Origin: Opitutales bacterium
GTDB lineage: Bacteria > Verrucomicrobiota > Verrucomicrobiia > Opitutales > UBA2987
Reading direction: 5' to 3'
DNA: 64,000 bases
NCBI GenBank assembly: GCA_965226885.1
Contig: CBDDEL010000011.1
Coordinates: 192,001-256,000, forward strand
Positions 52,505-62,534 of this stretch are shown here, piece after piece. Below the pieces are notes generated by a model. It was not told the DNA's origin and made no database searches. It saw only the letters and a program-made list of their open reading frames with translations. The stretch's first letter is position 1, and every line of letters begins with the position of its first letter. A program made the translations under genes and the position numbers.

Positions 52505-54321
52505 GAGGCTGTCCCAAAAATATAAAGATTTTATAGTCAACTGGATGACGTTGATAAAAAGAGCCGGAAAGAGCAAGTTTTTGCTCGATCCGGCCAAAAA
52601 AGGGTTCTATAATTGAGTTAGCGAAAATCAATATAGCCCTTTCTATGAAAAATATAGCCATCCAATGCCTCCTGCGTCCAGCTTTAACTGTGGTCGACCG
52701 GTGCCTCGATTACGATAACTTCCGCGCCACCATTGATCGAATCGATCGGCTGCTGATCGACTCGGAGGTGGAATCGCAGGCCATTGAGCTGGCCTTGGAG
52801 GGGTGGCCGCCAATGGGTCTAAAGGCCCGGCGGCAGCGGGCCAGTTTTGCCATCAAGGCACTGCGCATGGATACGCTGGGCCGTCTGCTCGGAGGGATTT
52901 CGTTTCGGCATTTGTCGCGGGCTCTGGGCAGCAGCGATCTGTTGGCCGACTTTTGCCGTGTCCGGCAGATCGATGGCATCAGGGGCATCTCCAAAAGCAC
53001 CCTGGAGCGGGCCTCGAAGTTTTTCAGCGAAGAGCAGTTGAGGGCCTTGCACCGGACCTTGACTGAGGTGGTGGGCGATGCCCTTCTGGCCCGGCAGGTG
53101 GGATTGGACAAGCCGATTGACACCACCATTTGCCTGATCGACGGCACCTGTTTGGAGGCTAACATTCATTGGCCGACGGACTGGGTATTACTCAAGGATG
53201 TAGCCGGCACGTTGCTCAAAGCGATCCGGCTGATCCGCGAGAAGGCCGGTTTGCGCCATCGCATGCCGATCGAACCGGAGCCCTTGGCTCGGCAGATGAA
53301 TCGGCTGTGCATACAGATGACCCACAGCCGGCGGCGAAAGGACAGCGAGCGGCAGCGCAAGGGTATCTTGAGGCAGATGAAAAAGCTGCTCAAACGGATC
53401 GGGGAGCATGCCCGCAGTCACCGGGAATTATTGCAAGCCTGCTGGGAGCAAAGCGATTACAGCGAAAAACAGGTCCAACAGATCCTCGCCCGGATGGAGC
53501 GCATGAGCGAGCAAATCCCGGTGGTCATCAAACAGGCGCACGAGCGGATCATTGGCGGCCGCCAGGTGAAAAACGCAGAGAAAGTCTTGAGTGTTTACGA
53601 ACTCGATGGGCAGGTGATTGTGCGAGGTAAAGCGGGCCAAGAGGTCGAGTTCGGCAACACCCTGTTTTTGGGAGAAAGCGTTGAAGGGTACCTGCTGGAC
53701 TGGAAACTCTACGGCAGCCGAACTCCAAGCGAAAATGAACAAATGCAAGAGAGTTTGCAAAGACAGAACCGCTTCAACCTGGAAGAACCCATAGCGGCCA
53801 TGTGCGCGGACCGGGGATTTGCCTCCCAGCGGGCCCGCCGGCAGTTAGCCCAGGAGGGAATCTACGACGCGCTCTGTCCACGCGATCCGAAGCAGTTGAA
53901 AAAACGGATGGAGGAACCACTGTTCAGGCAATTGCAAAAGCGCCGGGCCAGCACCGAAGGGCGGATCGGGGTATTGAAGAATCGCTGGCAGGCCGGGCGG
54001 TTGCGCAGCAAAGGCTTTGCCAACCGCTCGATCAGCGTAGCCTGGTCGGTACTCTCGCACAACCTATGGAAAGTAGCCAAGATGCTGGCCCAGCAAGACG
54101 AACTAAAAACCAAAGCGGCGGCCTAGAGAGCGGAAAAGCAAGGACAATACTTTTTCACAGCCGTACTGTCGGCTCATACAAAGAAAACCAGGCAACCGGA
54201 CCCCAAAACCAGTATCCTAACGTCATAGGAGAGCAAAGTTGATACTCTCCCAAATGCAAATACCTCTAAAATGAGCGCCTATCAAAAGCCCTCGCAAAAA
54301 TCACCCTTTTGGGACAGCCTC
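52505..54321 (+). mobile_element. ISNCY/IS5-like copy 3, complete (transposase 52645-54126)
   Basis: Both 15-bp IRs; 493-aa ORF near-identical to 22044-23525; flanks TAACTA and TAATTA. Confidence 0.94.
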
Positions 54322-54405
54322 TAATTAGTGATTGCCAAACATGATGTTGAGTCTCAAAATGAGCCCGTGTTAAAATAAAAGTTAATCCGAAGGGAGGTGG
54401 AGATC

Positions 54406-54585
54406 ATGAGTAAAATTATTCAACTATTAATCGGTCTAGCGATATTGGCGTTTGTTTTAGGAGTCATAGCTGTGATTTTTCCGGCATTTCAAATATTGCA
54501 CATCATGCCGGAGAGCTATTCTCGCGGTAGTAATAATCTGGCCCTGTTGGCCATAGCTTTGTCGCTTTGCTGTAAAAAGGGTTGA
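54406..54585 (+). CDS. Small 2-TM hypothetical protein
   Basis: GGAGG RBS; MSKIIQLLIGLAILAFVLGVI...PESYSRGSNNLALLAIALSL. Confidence 0.65.
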   Translation: MSKIIQLLIGLAILAFVLGVIAVIFPAFQILHIMPESYSRGSNNLALLAIALSLCCKKG

Positions 54586-54771
54586 CTCGTTACCCTTGTA
54601 AGGCGTTGGGGTATGCAGTGGGGTAAGATTCTATTTGGCGGCGTCCAAGGTTTCCCGATTAAAATTGGTGTTATTGCAATCTGTCCAGGACTTGATCTGG
54701 AGCGGACGAATATTTTTTTAATTCGGGTGTGATTTTGGGTCCGTTCCTATACCTATGATATTCGTAACGCT

Positions 54772-55956
54772 ATGAAGGTTCTTGTCGCCTTTGATAAATT
54801 CAAGCATTGCCTGACCGCGGAGGAGGCTTGCCGGATCGCGGAGGAGGCCATTGGCAAAGTGCGGAGCGACTGTCTTATCGACCTTGCGCCACTGACCGAT
54901 GGCGGCGATGGGTTTTGCCATATCCTGAGCGCCTCCCGAGGTGGAACAGAGTTTCCCGTTACCGTCTCCGATCCACTCTTTCGGCCGATTGAGGCGTTAA
55001 TCGGATTGGTTGACCTGGATGCCCTGGGGCTCGCCTTGAGGGATGATTTGGGCCTTCCCGGGGAAGGGAAAATTGCCCTCGTGGAAATGGCCGCGGCCAG
55101 CGGGCTGGACCGGCTCGAAGAAAAAGAGCGCGATCTCTGGCAGACCTCCTCCCTGGGCACGGGAGAACTCCTCGTCCATGCCGCCGGAGAAGGCGTCGCA
55201 GCCATCATCCTGGGAGTGGGCGGAAGCGCGACCAACGATCTCGGGCTGGGCGCTCTGGAAGCGCTGGGACTGCAATTCAATGGGCGAAAGAGGGGCCCCA
55301 TTAACCGGATTACCCCGGCGAAATTCAGCGCGGTAAATTCTTATAGCGGTAAAATTGATCTTGATCTGCCGCCTATTCTTATTGCCTGCGATGTTGCCAA
55401 TCCCTTATTGGGATCCAATGGAGCCTCGGCCGTTTTCGGTCCCCAAAAGGGATTGCGCACCGCCGACTTGCCCCGGTTGGATCGGGAAATGGGGGTCATG
55501 GCCAGGCGGCTTTGCCAGTATTTCAAAACGCCGGAAGGATTGATCGGGGAAGCGGGCAGCGGCGCCGCAGGGGGCATTTCCTTCGGGTTTAAAGCTGCTT
55601 TGGGGGCTCGTATTTGCCCGGGATTTGAACTTGTTTCCGGTTGGCTCCGATTACCGCAAAAAGTGGCCCGGGCGGATATCATTTTGACCGGGGAAGGCCG
55701 ATTCGACGCAAGTTCACTACAGGGCAAGGGGCCCGGCGCATTACCGGCTATGGCTGCGGATGCGGGGGGCAGAAAAAAGATTAAAATATTTGCCGGATCG
55801 ATTGGAGATGGGCTCGAACCATTGTTGCCGGAGGGGATGAACATGCGCGATCTGACCGCCATATCCGACCCGCAGAAACCTCTTGAGGAGTCCCTTTCGC
55901 AATGCGGCTCTAATCTTTCTAAAGCCGTGCAGGCATATTTTTCTTGCTTGGGATAG
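54772..55956 (+). CDS. glxK: Glycerate kinase (GlxK/GarK family)
   Basis: VAFDKFK, DGGDG, EMAAASG, GVGGSATND, FGPQKG, GAAGG, TGEGRFD. Confidence 0.9.
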   Translation: MKVLVAFDKFKHCLTAEEACRIAEEAIGKVRSDCLIDLAPLTDGGDGFCHILSASRGGTEFPVTVSDPLFRPIEALIGLVDLDALGLALRDDLGLPGEGKIALVEMAAASGLDRLEEKERDLWQTSSLGTGELLVHAAGEGVAAIILGVGGSATNDLGLGALEALGLQFNGRKRGPINRITPAKFSAVNSYSGKIDLDLPPILIACDVANPLLGSNGASAVFGPQKGLRTADLPRLDREMGVMARRLCQYFKTPEGLIGEAGSGAAGGISFGFKAALGARICPGFELVSGWLRLPQKVARADIILTGEGRFDASSLQGKGPGALPAMAADAGGRKKIKIFAGSIGDGLEPLLPEGMNMRDLTAISDPQKPLEESLSQCGSNLSKAVQAYFSCLG

Positions 55957-56061
55957 GATCAAATGTCGATAAAATGGAAAACCCATTTTTGTTTTCGGTG
56001 TCCACCCTTTTTAACCAGACTAAACAACGCTCAATGAACTTGATCCGGAGCCACTTTTTCC

Positions 56062-56694
56062 ATGACGGCTGACGAAGCCAGACTTAAAGCAAAACATTTC
56101 TCCCGCATACGGCGCTTAAAGCGATTGCTGAGGTTTCTTCCCCGCAAAAGCAATTTGCATACCTACCCGATTATCCGGATTTTCGCGGCCACTGCCCGTA
56201 AGACGCCGTTTTTGTGGTCGTTCAAGGTTCCGGAAGTAGTGCGGGCGCTCTATGCCGGATGTATTTTGACTTTTCTGCCTTTATTGGGTGTGCAAATACC
56301 ACTGGCTTTCGGCGCCGCTTTTCTCTTCCGGGCCAATCTGCCGGTCATTCTGGGACTGCAATTCCTTTCAACTCCTTTAACCGTTCCTTTCATTTATACG
56401 GCGGCTTATTTTATCGGAGATTATTTGCTCAGCGTATTCGGAAGCGATGCGGCCTTGGCGGAAGTGGGAACCATTGCCACGGAGGCCGGGTTTTTGCAAA
56501 AAAGCGTTTATTGGTATGCGGCCATATCTTTGGGGGGTCTTGTAATCGGCTATTTTACCGGTTTTGCCGCCAGCCTGATCTATCGCGTGGCGGCCATCCG
56601 CGCTTCCCACGCCATGGTCCGAATGCGCAAACTGCAAAGAAACAAGATGAAGGCTTCCGGCGGTTCCCCTTCTCCTATTCGTAAATCATCGTAA
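56062..56694 (+). CDS. DUF2062-family membrane protein
   Basis: FLPLLGVQ...RANLPV...STPLT pattern with TM helices. Confidence 0.8.
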   Translation: MTADEARLKAKHFSRIRRLKRLLRFLPRKSNLHTYPIIRIFAATARKTPFLWSFKVPEVVRALYAGCILTFLPLLGVQIPLAFGAAFLFRANLPVILGLQFLSTPLTVPFIYTAAYFIGDYLLSVFGSDAALAEVGTIATEAGFLQKSVYWYAAISLGGLVIGYFTGFAASLIYRVAAIRASHAMVRMRKLQRNKMKASGGSPSPIRKSS

Positions 56695-56701
56695 TCTATC
56701 G

Positions 56702-58015
56702 ATGGAGTCGTTATTGGTGAATAGCCGCAGGCCAATAAGCAAACCGGCTCCCCTTCTCATTTTCACCTTCATCGTTTTTGCCGGATTCATCTATTGTCTG
56801 CCCGCAGTTGCTGATGGGAAAGTGGCTGCCCAAAAAATTTTCCTCGGCATCGATGTGCTAAAACAGGATAATTTCCGGTCCTTGCGAGGCAAACGGGTTG
56901 GATTGCTGACTCATCCGGCCGGCGTGGACCGCAATAGTGTGAGCACTATCGAGGTTTTGCGCCGCAGCTCGAAAGTCCGTCTGGCAGCTCTCTTTGGTCC
57001 GGAACATGGCCTTTACGGAAACGAAAAAGCCAACCAGCCGATCGAGAATCGCGTGGATCGGCGAACCGGACTCCCAATTTATTCGCTCTATGGAAAATTT
57101 CGCAAGCCGACCGACAAGATGCTTAGGGGTCTCGATGTCATGGTTATCGACCTTCAGGATCTGGGGGTTCGATCATACACGTATATCAGCGCCATGCGGC
57201 TGACCATGGAGGCTTGTTTCGAGAACAAGGTGGAGGTTGTCATCCTCGACCGGCCCAACCCCTTGGGGGGGCGCAAAGTCGATGGGCCCTTGATGGAGGC
57301 CGGCTGGAAAAGCTATGTCGGGGCTTATCGTATTCCCTATGTTTATGGCCTTACGATTGGAGAACTGGCTCTCATGGCCAAAGCAACGCCGGGCTGGCTC
57401 GACGTCAGCAAGAGCGCTCTCCAGAGAGGAAAATTAACCGTTATTGCCATGAAAGGCTGGAACCGCGATATGTTATGGACGGACACCGGGCTGCGATGGG
57501 TTCCCACTTCGCCCGCCATACCCGATCTCTCCGCCGCCCTTGGCTATGCGATGACCGGTCTGGGCGCGCAAATCGGGGGATTCCGGCATGGCTACGGCAC
57601 TCAATTTCCCTTTCGGCTGTTGAGCTTTCCGGGGAAAGAGCCGCAAGAAATTGCCAATGCTCTGAAGGCAAGGCAAATTCCCGGGCTCGATTACAAAATT
57701 GTCGATCGGCGGACGCCTCGCGGATGGCAGGGGAAAGGAGTTTACGTTGTGGTGAACGACTTCTCCCGGCTTCGCCCTACGGAAATCAGTTTCAATATGA
57801 TGCAACTGGCCTGCCTCTGGAGCGCGGAAAATCCTTTTGCCGCGGTAACCCAAACGAAGGCCCGGCTTTTCAACAAACATGTCGGTTCGACCGAATGGTG
57901 GGATGCCCTCGAACGCCAGGGGGCGCGTGTGGAAGTGGCCAAATTTCTCCGCAAATGGCAAACCCAGGCGATGGTATTCCAGGCCATGAGCCGAAAATAC
58001 TGGCTATATCGTTAG
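56702..58015 (+). CDS. DUF1343 / NamZ-like exo-beta-N-acetylmuramidase
   Basis: LFGPEHG, SLYG, DLQDLGVRSYTY, LDRPNPLGG, WVPTSPAIP. Confidence 0.88.
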   Translation: MESLLVNSRRPISKPAPLLIFTFIVFAGFIYCLPAVADGKVAAQKIFLGIDVLKQDNFRSLRGKRVGLLTHPAGVDRNSVSTIEVLRRSSKVRLAALFGPEHGLYGNEKANQPIENRVDRRTGLPIYSLYGKFRKPTDKMLRGLDVMVIDLQDLGVRSYTYISAMRLTMEACFENKVEVVILDRPNPLGGRKVDGPLMEAGWKSYVGAYRIPYVYGLTIGELALMAKATPGWLDVSKSALQRGKLTVIAMKGWNRDMLWTDTGLRWVPTSPAIPDLSAALGYAMTGLGAQIGGFRHGYGTQFPFRLLSFPGKEPQEIANALKARQIPGLDYKIVDRRTPRGWQGKGVYVVVNDFSRLRPTEISFNMMQLACLWSAENPFAAVTQTKARLFNKHVGSTEWWDALERQGARVEVAKFLRKWQTQAMVFQAMSRKYWLYR

Positions 58016-58824
58016 TCGGGGTCTTTGGGCCAACACTGCCAGGCAGGACTCCAGCAGGTGGTGCGGCCTCCGATGGTTTCCCTGACCAGTGGTTTTTTCG
58101 ATTTCGGGCAGATACCGTTATTTGTCCAGCGATGGAGAAAGAGCCAGTTGTCGGGCGGCTTTCCCCAATCCGGCGCGATTATCCTCATGGCGTCCTCGCA
58201 GACCCCTTTGATGCTTTGAAAAAGATGCGTTAGCTTGATTCCCTTGATTCTCCCGGCGGGGCAGGCGGGCCGGATACGCGCCCTCCAGAGAATCTCGTCC
58301 GCCAACCAATTGCCGATGCCTGGAAAACGTTCCTGCATGAGAAGGACTGCCTTGATGGGTGATTTTTTGCGGCGTTTGAGAAATTCGCTCAATAAATCCC
58401 GTGTAAAATCGTCCGATAAAATAGCCGGTTGCAGGTGGCTCCACCAGGCCGGAGAATCAGTTCCGCGATGAAATCGGATGGCCCCGAATTGCCGTGGGTC
58501 TTTATAAATCAGGCGTCGCTTTTTTTGAACGAGGATCAGGTGTTCGTGTTTGACTTTTGCATCGCCGGGACTGCCCACGAATAGTTCCCCGGTCATTCCC
58601 AGATGAACTCCCATCCAGATGTTTCCCGAAAATTGAAACACCATCCGTTTTCCGTGAGCCTTCGATTGCAATAATTTGGAGTTTGGCAAATAGCGTTCGA
58701 GGGCATCCGTGTCGCAATCGCGAAAATTCCGCGATCCTGGATTAATTTGCAAGCTGAGGACCTTTTCCCCTATACCGACATTCCACTGTCGGCGGTAATA
58801 CTCGACTTCGGCCAACTCTGGCAT
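58012..58824 (-). CDS. Fpg/Nei-family DNA glycosylase
   Basis: MPELAEVE, HGK, HLGMTG, DPRQFG, H2TH GIGNWLADE, GGRTT. Confidence 0.9.
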   Translation of the reverse strand: MPELAEVEYYRRQWNVGIGEKVLSLQINPGSRNFRDCDTDALERYLPNSKLLQSKAHGKRMVFQFSGNIWMGVHLGMTGELFVGSPGDAKVKHEHLILVQKKRRLIYKDPRQFGAIRFHRGTDSPAWWSHLQPAILSDDFTRDLLSEFLKRRKKSPIKAVLLMQERFPGIGNWLADEILWRARIRPACPAGRIKGIKLTHLFQSIKGVCEDAMRIIAPDWGKPPDNWLFLHRWTNNGICPKSKKPLVRETIGGRTTCWSPAWQCWPKDPD

Positions 58825-58966
58825 CTAGAACCTATCTCAAATTGAAAGCACTGATTGCAATTTTTTTAAATTTGCTTTCCAGCCTTGTGGCCTTTCCAGC
58901 CTTGTGGCGATAGATAAATTTTATCCTTGAAGAGGCAACGAGTCAACAATCACAACTTAATTAAAA

Positions 58967-59968
58967 ATGGCTAGACCGATCACTTTGTTCACCGGGCAGT
59001 GGGCCGATTTGACGCTTTCGGAAGTTGCCAAAATAACCGGCGAAATCGGTTACGACGGGCTCGAACTGGCTTGCTGGGGCGACCACCTGGAGGTTGACCG
59101 GGCGGCCGTCGATAAAGACTATTGCGAGGGCAGGCACGAGTTGCTGGCCCGATACGATTTGCGCTGCCACGCCATTTCCCACCACTTGGGCGGGCAGTTG
59201 GTCTGCGATCCCAATGACGATGAACGCAGCGACGCCTTTGCTCCACCCAAGTGTGCAGGCGATGCCGACAAGAAACGGGCCTGGGCTGTCGAAACGATGA
59301 AAAACACGGCGCGTGCCGCCCGCAATATGGGAGTTGGCGTGGTCAATGGTTTCATCGGTTCGTCCATTTGGCATTTGCTCTATTCCTTTCCCCCCGTGTC
59401 GGAAGAGAGAATCGAGCAGGGATTCCAGTATTTTGCCGAGATGTGGAATCCCATTTTTGACGTTTTCGACGAATGCGGGGTGCGGTTCGCCCTGGAGGTG
59501 CATCCAACGGAACTGGCTTTCGATATTCACACGGCGGCGCGCGCCCTGGAAGCGGTCGGCCACCGGGAGGCCTTCGGGTTTAATTTCGATCCCAGCCATT
59601 TGCTCTGGCAATTCATCGATCCGGTGGAGTTTATCAATGCCTTTCCCGACCGTATTTATCATGTCCATATGAAAGACGCCATTCGCACGCTGGGCGGCAA
59701 AAGCGGCATTCTCTCCTCCCGCCTGCCGTTCGGGGATCATCGCCGCGGCTGGGATTTCCGATCTTTGGGGCGGGGCGAGGTTGACTTCGAGGCCATTATC
59801 CGGGCGCTGAACCGGATCGGTTATGAAGGCCCTCTCTCGGTGGAATGGGAGGACAGCGGAATGGACCGGATCCACGGCGCCGAGGAATCCTACGAGTTTC
59901 TGCGGGGGCTCGATTTCAAACAGAGCGGGAGGGCTTTCGACGCCTCTTTCGACCGGGAAAATAGATGA
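58967..59968 (+). CDS. Sugar phosphate isomerase/epimerase-family TIM barrel
   Basis: LFTGQWAD, ALEVHP, NFDPSH, HVHMKD, SVEWED. Confidence 0.88.
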   Translation: MARPITLFTGQWADLTLSEVAKITGEIGYDGLELACWGDHLEVDRAAVDKDYCEGRHELLARYDLRCHAISHHLGGQLVCDPNDDERSDAFAPPKCAGDADKKRAWAVETMKNTARAARNMGVGVVNGFIGSSIWHLLYSFPPVSEERIEQGFQYFAEMWNPIFDVFDECGVRFALEVHPTELAFDIHTAARALEAVGHREAFGFNFDPSHLLWQFIDPVEFINAFPDRIYHVHMKDAIRTLGGKSGILSSRLPFGDHRRGWDFRSLGRGEVDFEAIIRALNRIGYEGPLSVEWEDSGMDRIHGAEESYEFLRGLDFKQSGRAFDASFDRENR

Positions 59969-61119
59969 GAAGAAAACTGCGCATGGGCATGGTGGGGGGA
60001 GGCCGGGAAGCCTTTATCGGCGCGGTTCACAGGCACGCCGCCGCCCTTGATGGAGATATTGAGCTGGTCGCGGGCGCGTTTTCCGCCGATCCGGAAAAAT
60101 CACGTCTTTCGGGCCGCGACCTACTTCTCGATGCCGCGCGCGTCTATGGAAGTTATGAGGAAATGGCGCAAAAGGAAGCCGCACTGCCCAACGATAAACG
60201 CATAGATTTCGTCAGCATCGTGACGCCCAACCACATGCACTTTCCGGTGGCCAGGGAATTTTTAATGGCAGGCTTCAATGTCATTTGCGACAAACCGATG
60301 ACGCTCAGCCTGGCGGAGGCCCGGAAACTGCGCACCCTGGTCAAACGTTCGGGTAAAGTTTTTGCCCTGACCCATAATTACACCGGTTATCCCATGGTTA
60401 AAGAGGGGAGGGAACTGGTTAAAAATGGCCGGTTGGGAGAAATTCGCAAGATAGTGGTGGAATATTCCCAGGATTGGCTTTCCACCCATCTTGAATCGAC
60501 GGGTCAAAAACAATCCGCCTGGCGCACCGATCCCGAACGGGCGGGGGTGGCCGGTTGCATTGGCGACATCGGCAGCCATGCCGAAAATCTGGCCCGCTAC
60601 ATGACCGGTTTGCGCATCGACTCCCTGTGTTCCGATCTGACGACATTCGTGTCGGGGCGCAAGCTAGATGATGACGGCAATATCCTCATTCGCTATAAAG
60701 GAGGCGCGAGGGGGGTTCTCATCGCATCGCAAATTTCATCGGGAGAGGAAAACAACCTCGTTATTCGCATTTACGGATCGAAAGCTAGCCTAGAGTGGAA
60801 CCAGCAAAATCCCGAGACTCTGTTTATCAAATACCCTGACGCAGCGGCCAAAATATTGCGGCGGGGCCATGGTTATTTGGGAAAAACCGCTACCGGCAGC
60901 TCACGATTGCCGCCCGGCCACCCGGAAGGTTTTATCGAGGGATTTGCCAATATTTACAAGGAGGCGGCCAAAGCGATTCGGGAAGTGGCCGTGGGCAAGA
61001 AAGTCAAAGCCCATGACTATCCCAATGTGGAGGACGGCGTTTACGGCATGGCCTTCATCGAAACCACCGTAAAGTCGACCACTTCAAAGCAGAAGTGGAT
61101 TAAATTTCCCCGAGTTTAG
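59965..61119 (+). CDS. Gfo/Idh/MocA-family oxidoreductase
   Basis: GMVGGG..AFIG, VTPNHMH, ICDKP, DIGSH, GHPEG; ATGA overlap with upstream gene. Confidence 0.92.
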   Translation: MRRKLRMGMVGGGREAFIGAVHRHAAALDGDIELVAGAFSADPEKSRLSGRDLLLDAARVYGSYEEMAQKEAALPNDKRIDFVSIVTPNHMHFPVAREFLMAGFNVICDKPMTLSLAEARKLRTLVKRSGKVFALTHNYTGYPMVKEGRELVKNGRLGEIRKIVVEYSQDWLSTHLESTGQKQSAWRTDPERAGVAGCIGDIGSHAENLARYMTGLRIDSLCSDLTTFVSGRKLDDDGNILIRYKGGARGVLIASQISSGEENNLVIRIYGSKASLEWNQQNPETLFIKYPDAAAKILRRGHGYLGKTATGSSRLPPGHPEGFIEGFANIYKEAAKAIREVAVGKKVKAHDYPNVEDGVYGMAFIETTVKSTTSKQKWIKFPRV

Positions 61120-61148
61120 GCCTTAATATGGTTTAACCACTGCTATCT

Positions 61149-61376
61149 TCAGACGAGTTGCAGTTCCGGTTCAACCGCATTTGACAATAGCTGGTTCATT
61201 TGCGAGGCGGCGCCGTTTCGAACCATTTTGCCAACTCGAATTGCCTGGTTGATTTCGTCGTCTCCCACCCCAATTCGCCGGGCCTGGTTCAGGTGGTGTT
61301 TCAGGCATGGCTGGCAGTTGGCGGCGATGGCAGCGCCCAAGGCAATCAGCTCGATTGTATTTTCGTCCAGTTCCAT
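61149..61376 (-). CDS. Carboxymuconolactone decarboxylase/AhpD-like small protein
   Basis: ELIALGAAIAANCQPCLKHH (CxxC..H). Confidence 0.85.
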   Translation of the reverse strand: MELDENTIELIALGAAIAANCQPCLKHHLNQARRIGVGDDEINQAIRVGKMVRNGAASQMNQLLSNAVEPELQLV

Positions 61377-61514
61377 AACATTCCTTTTCTTTGTCTTTTG
61401 CATAGAAAGTCGGTCGGATAGGTGTGCCATTAAATTAAATCCACATTTTTCTTGTTTTCAAACGGGCCGTGGATTTTTTGGAAGATGTGCCCACGGACCG
61501 TGGGCAGGAAGCCA

Positions 61515-62534
61515 TCAGATTTCGGTGACTTCTACGCCGATTTCACCGTCGGCAAACTGCGTCCGCAAAGAACGCCCTGTTTCCAGGCCGGCTTTTCGGG
61601 GCACATGCCGGCCGCGCTCGTCCTTAATTATGGCGAACCCGCGTTGCAGGATTTTATCCGGATGGGCGTTTTGCAAACGTTTGGCGTAGCCCCGGACCTT
61701 CTCTGCCGATCCTTCCATGCGGGTTCTGACGGTGGTTGTGAAGCGGTTTTTCAGGGACAAGAATTGGGCGGAGGCGAAATGCACTCTCTTATCCGGAGCA
61801 ATGGCGGCCAGGCGGACGGCCAGGGATTTTTCCCGCTGGCGGCCGTTTGCGATGCCATGGCGCAATGAGGCCAGCAACCGGTTGGCCAGGTCGTCGAGGC
61901 GCAGAAACCCTTGCTCAATTTTGTGGATGGGAGAGAGACTGGCTAAATTTCCGCTGAGCCTTTCCAGGTTAAAACCGAGCTGATCGACTTGGTTTCTCAA
62001 GGTTGCGGCAAGGGCATTTTTTACTGTTGTCAGGCGCTGTTCGCATTCGGTGAAATTGCGGCAGATAAGCTCCGCCGCGCGCTGGGTGTTTCGGCCCTCC
62101 AATCGGCCGCGAAATCGCTCAACGTGTAGTCGATTTCATGCCCCACAGCGGAGATTACGGGTGTTTGGCAGGCAGCCACGGCGCGGGCTACTTTCTCCTC
62201 GTTGAACGGCCACAAATCCTCCAGGCTTCCACCCCCTCGGCCGATCACGAGCAGGTCCAGGGCTTTCACTTGCTGAGCTTTATCGATCATGGCGGCAATT
62301 TCCCCGGCTGCCTCGGAGCCCTGCACCCGGGAGGGAAATATGACCACCCTACCTCTCCAGTTCCTTCTTTGCAGGATGCTTAAAAAATCGCGCACGGCGG
62401 CGCCGGAGGGGGAAGTCACAAAGCCCACCGTTCGCGGTAGCAGGGGCAGTCCTTTTTTCCGGTCCGCATCGAAAAGACCTTCCTCCGCCAGTTTTCTTTT
62501 CAGTCTTTCAAATTCCAGTTGCAGGCGGCCCTAG
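61515..62534 (-). pseudogene. xseA: Exodeoxyribonuclease VII large subunit, IS-interrupted and frameshifted
   Basis: [53 protein letters not shown], 1-nt deletion in TPSA(A)AEL near 62075-62082, LQRGFA...FADG. The N-terminus is cut by IS1380 at CTAG 62531-62534. Confidence 0.93.

Noticed and set aside
41340..54400. Integrative island at tRNA-Gln
   Set aside because: Content is accessory, but I found no integrase and no repeat of the tRNA 3' end.
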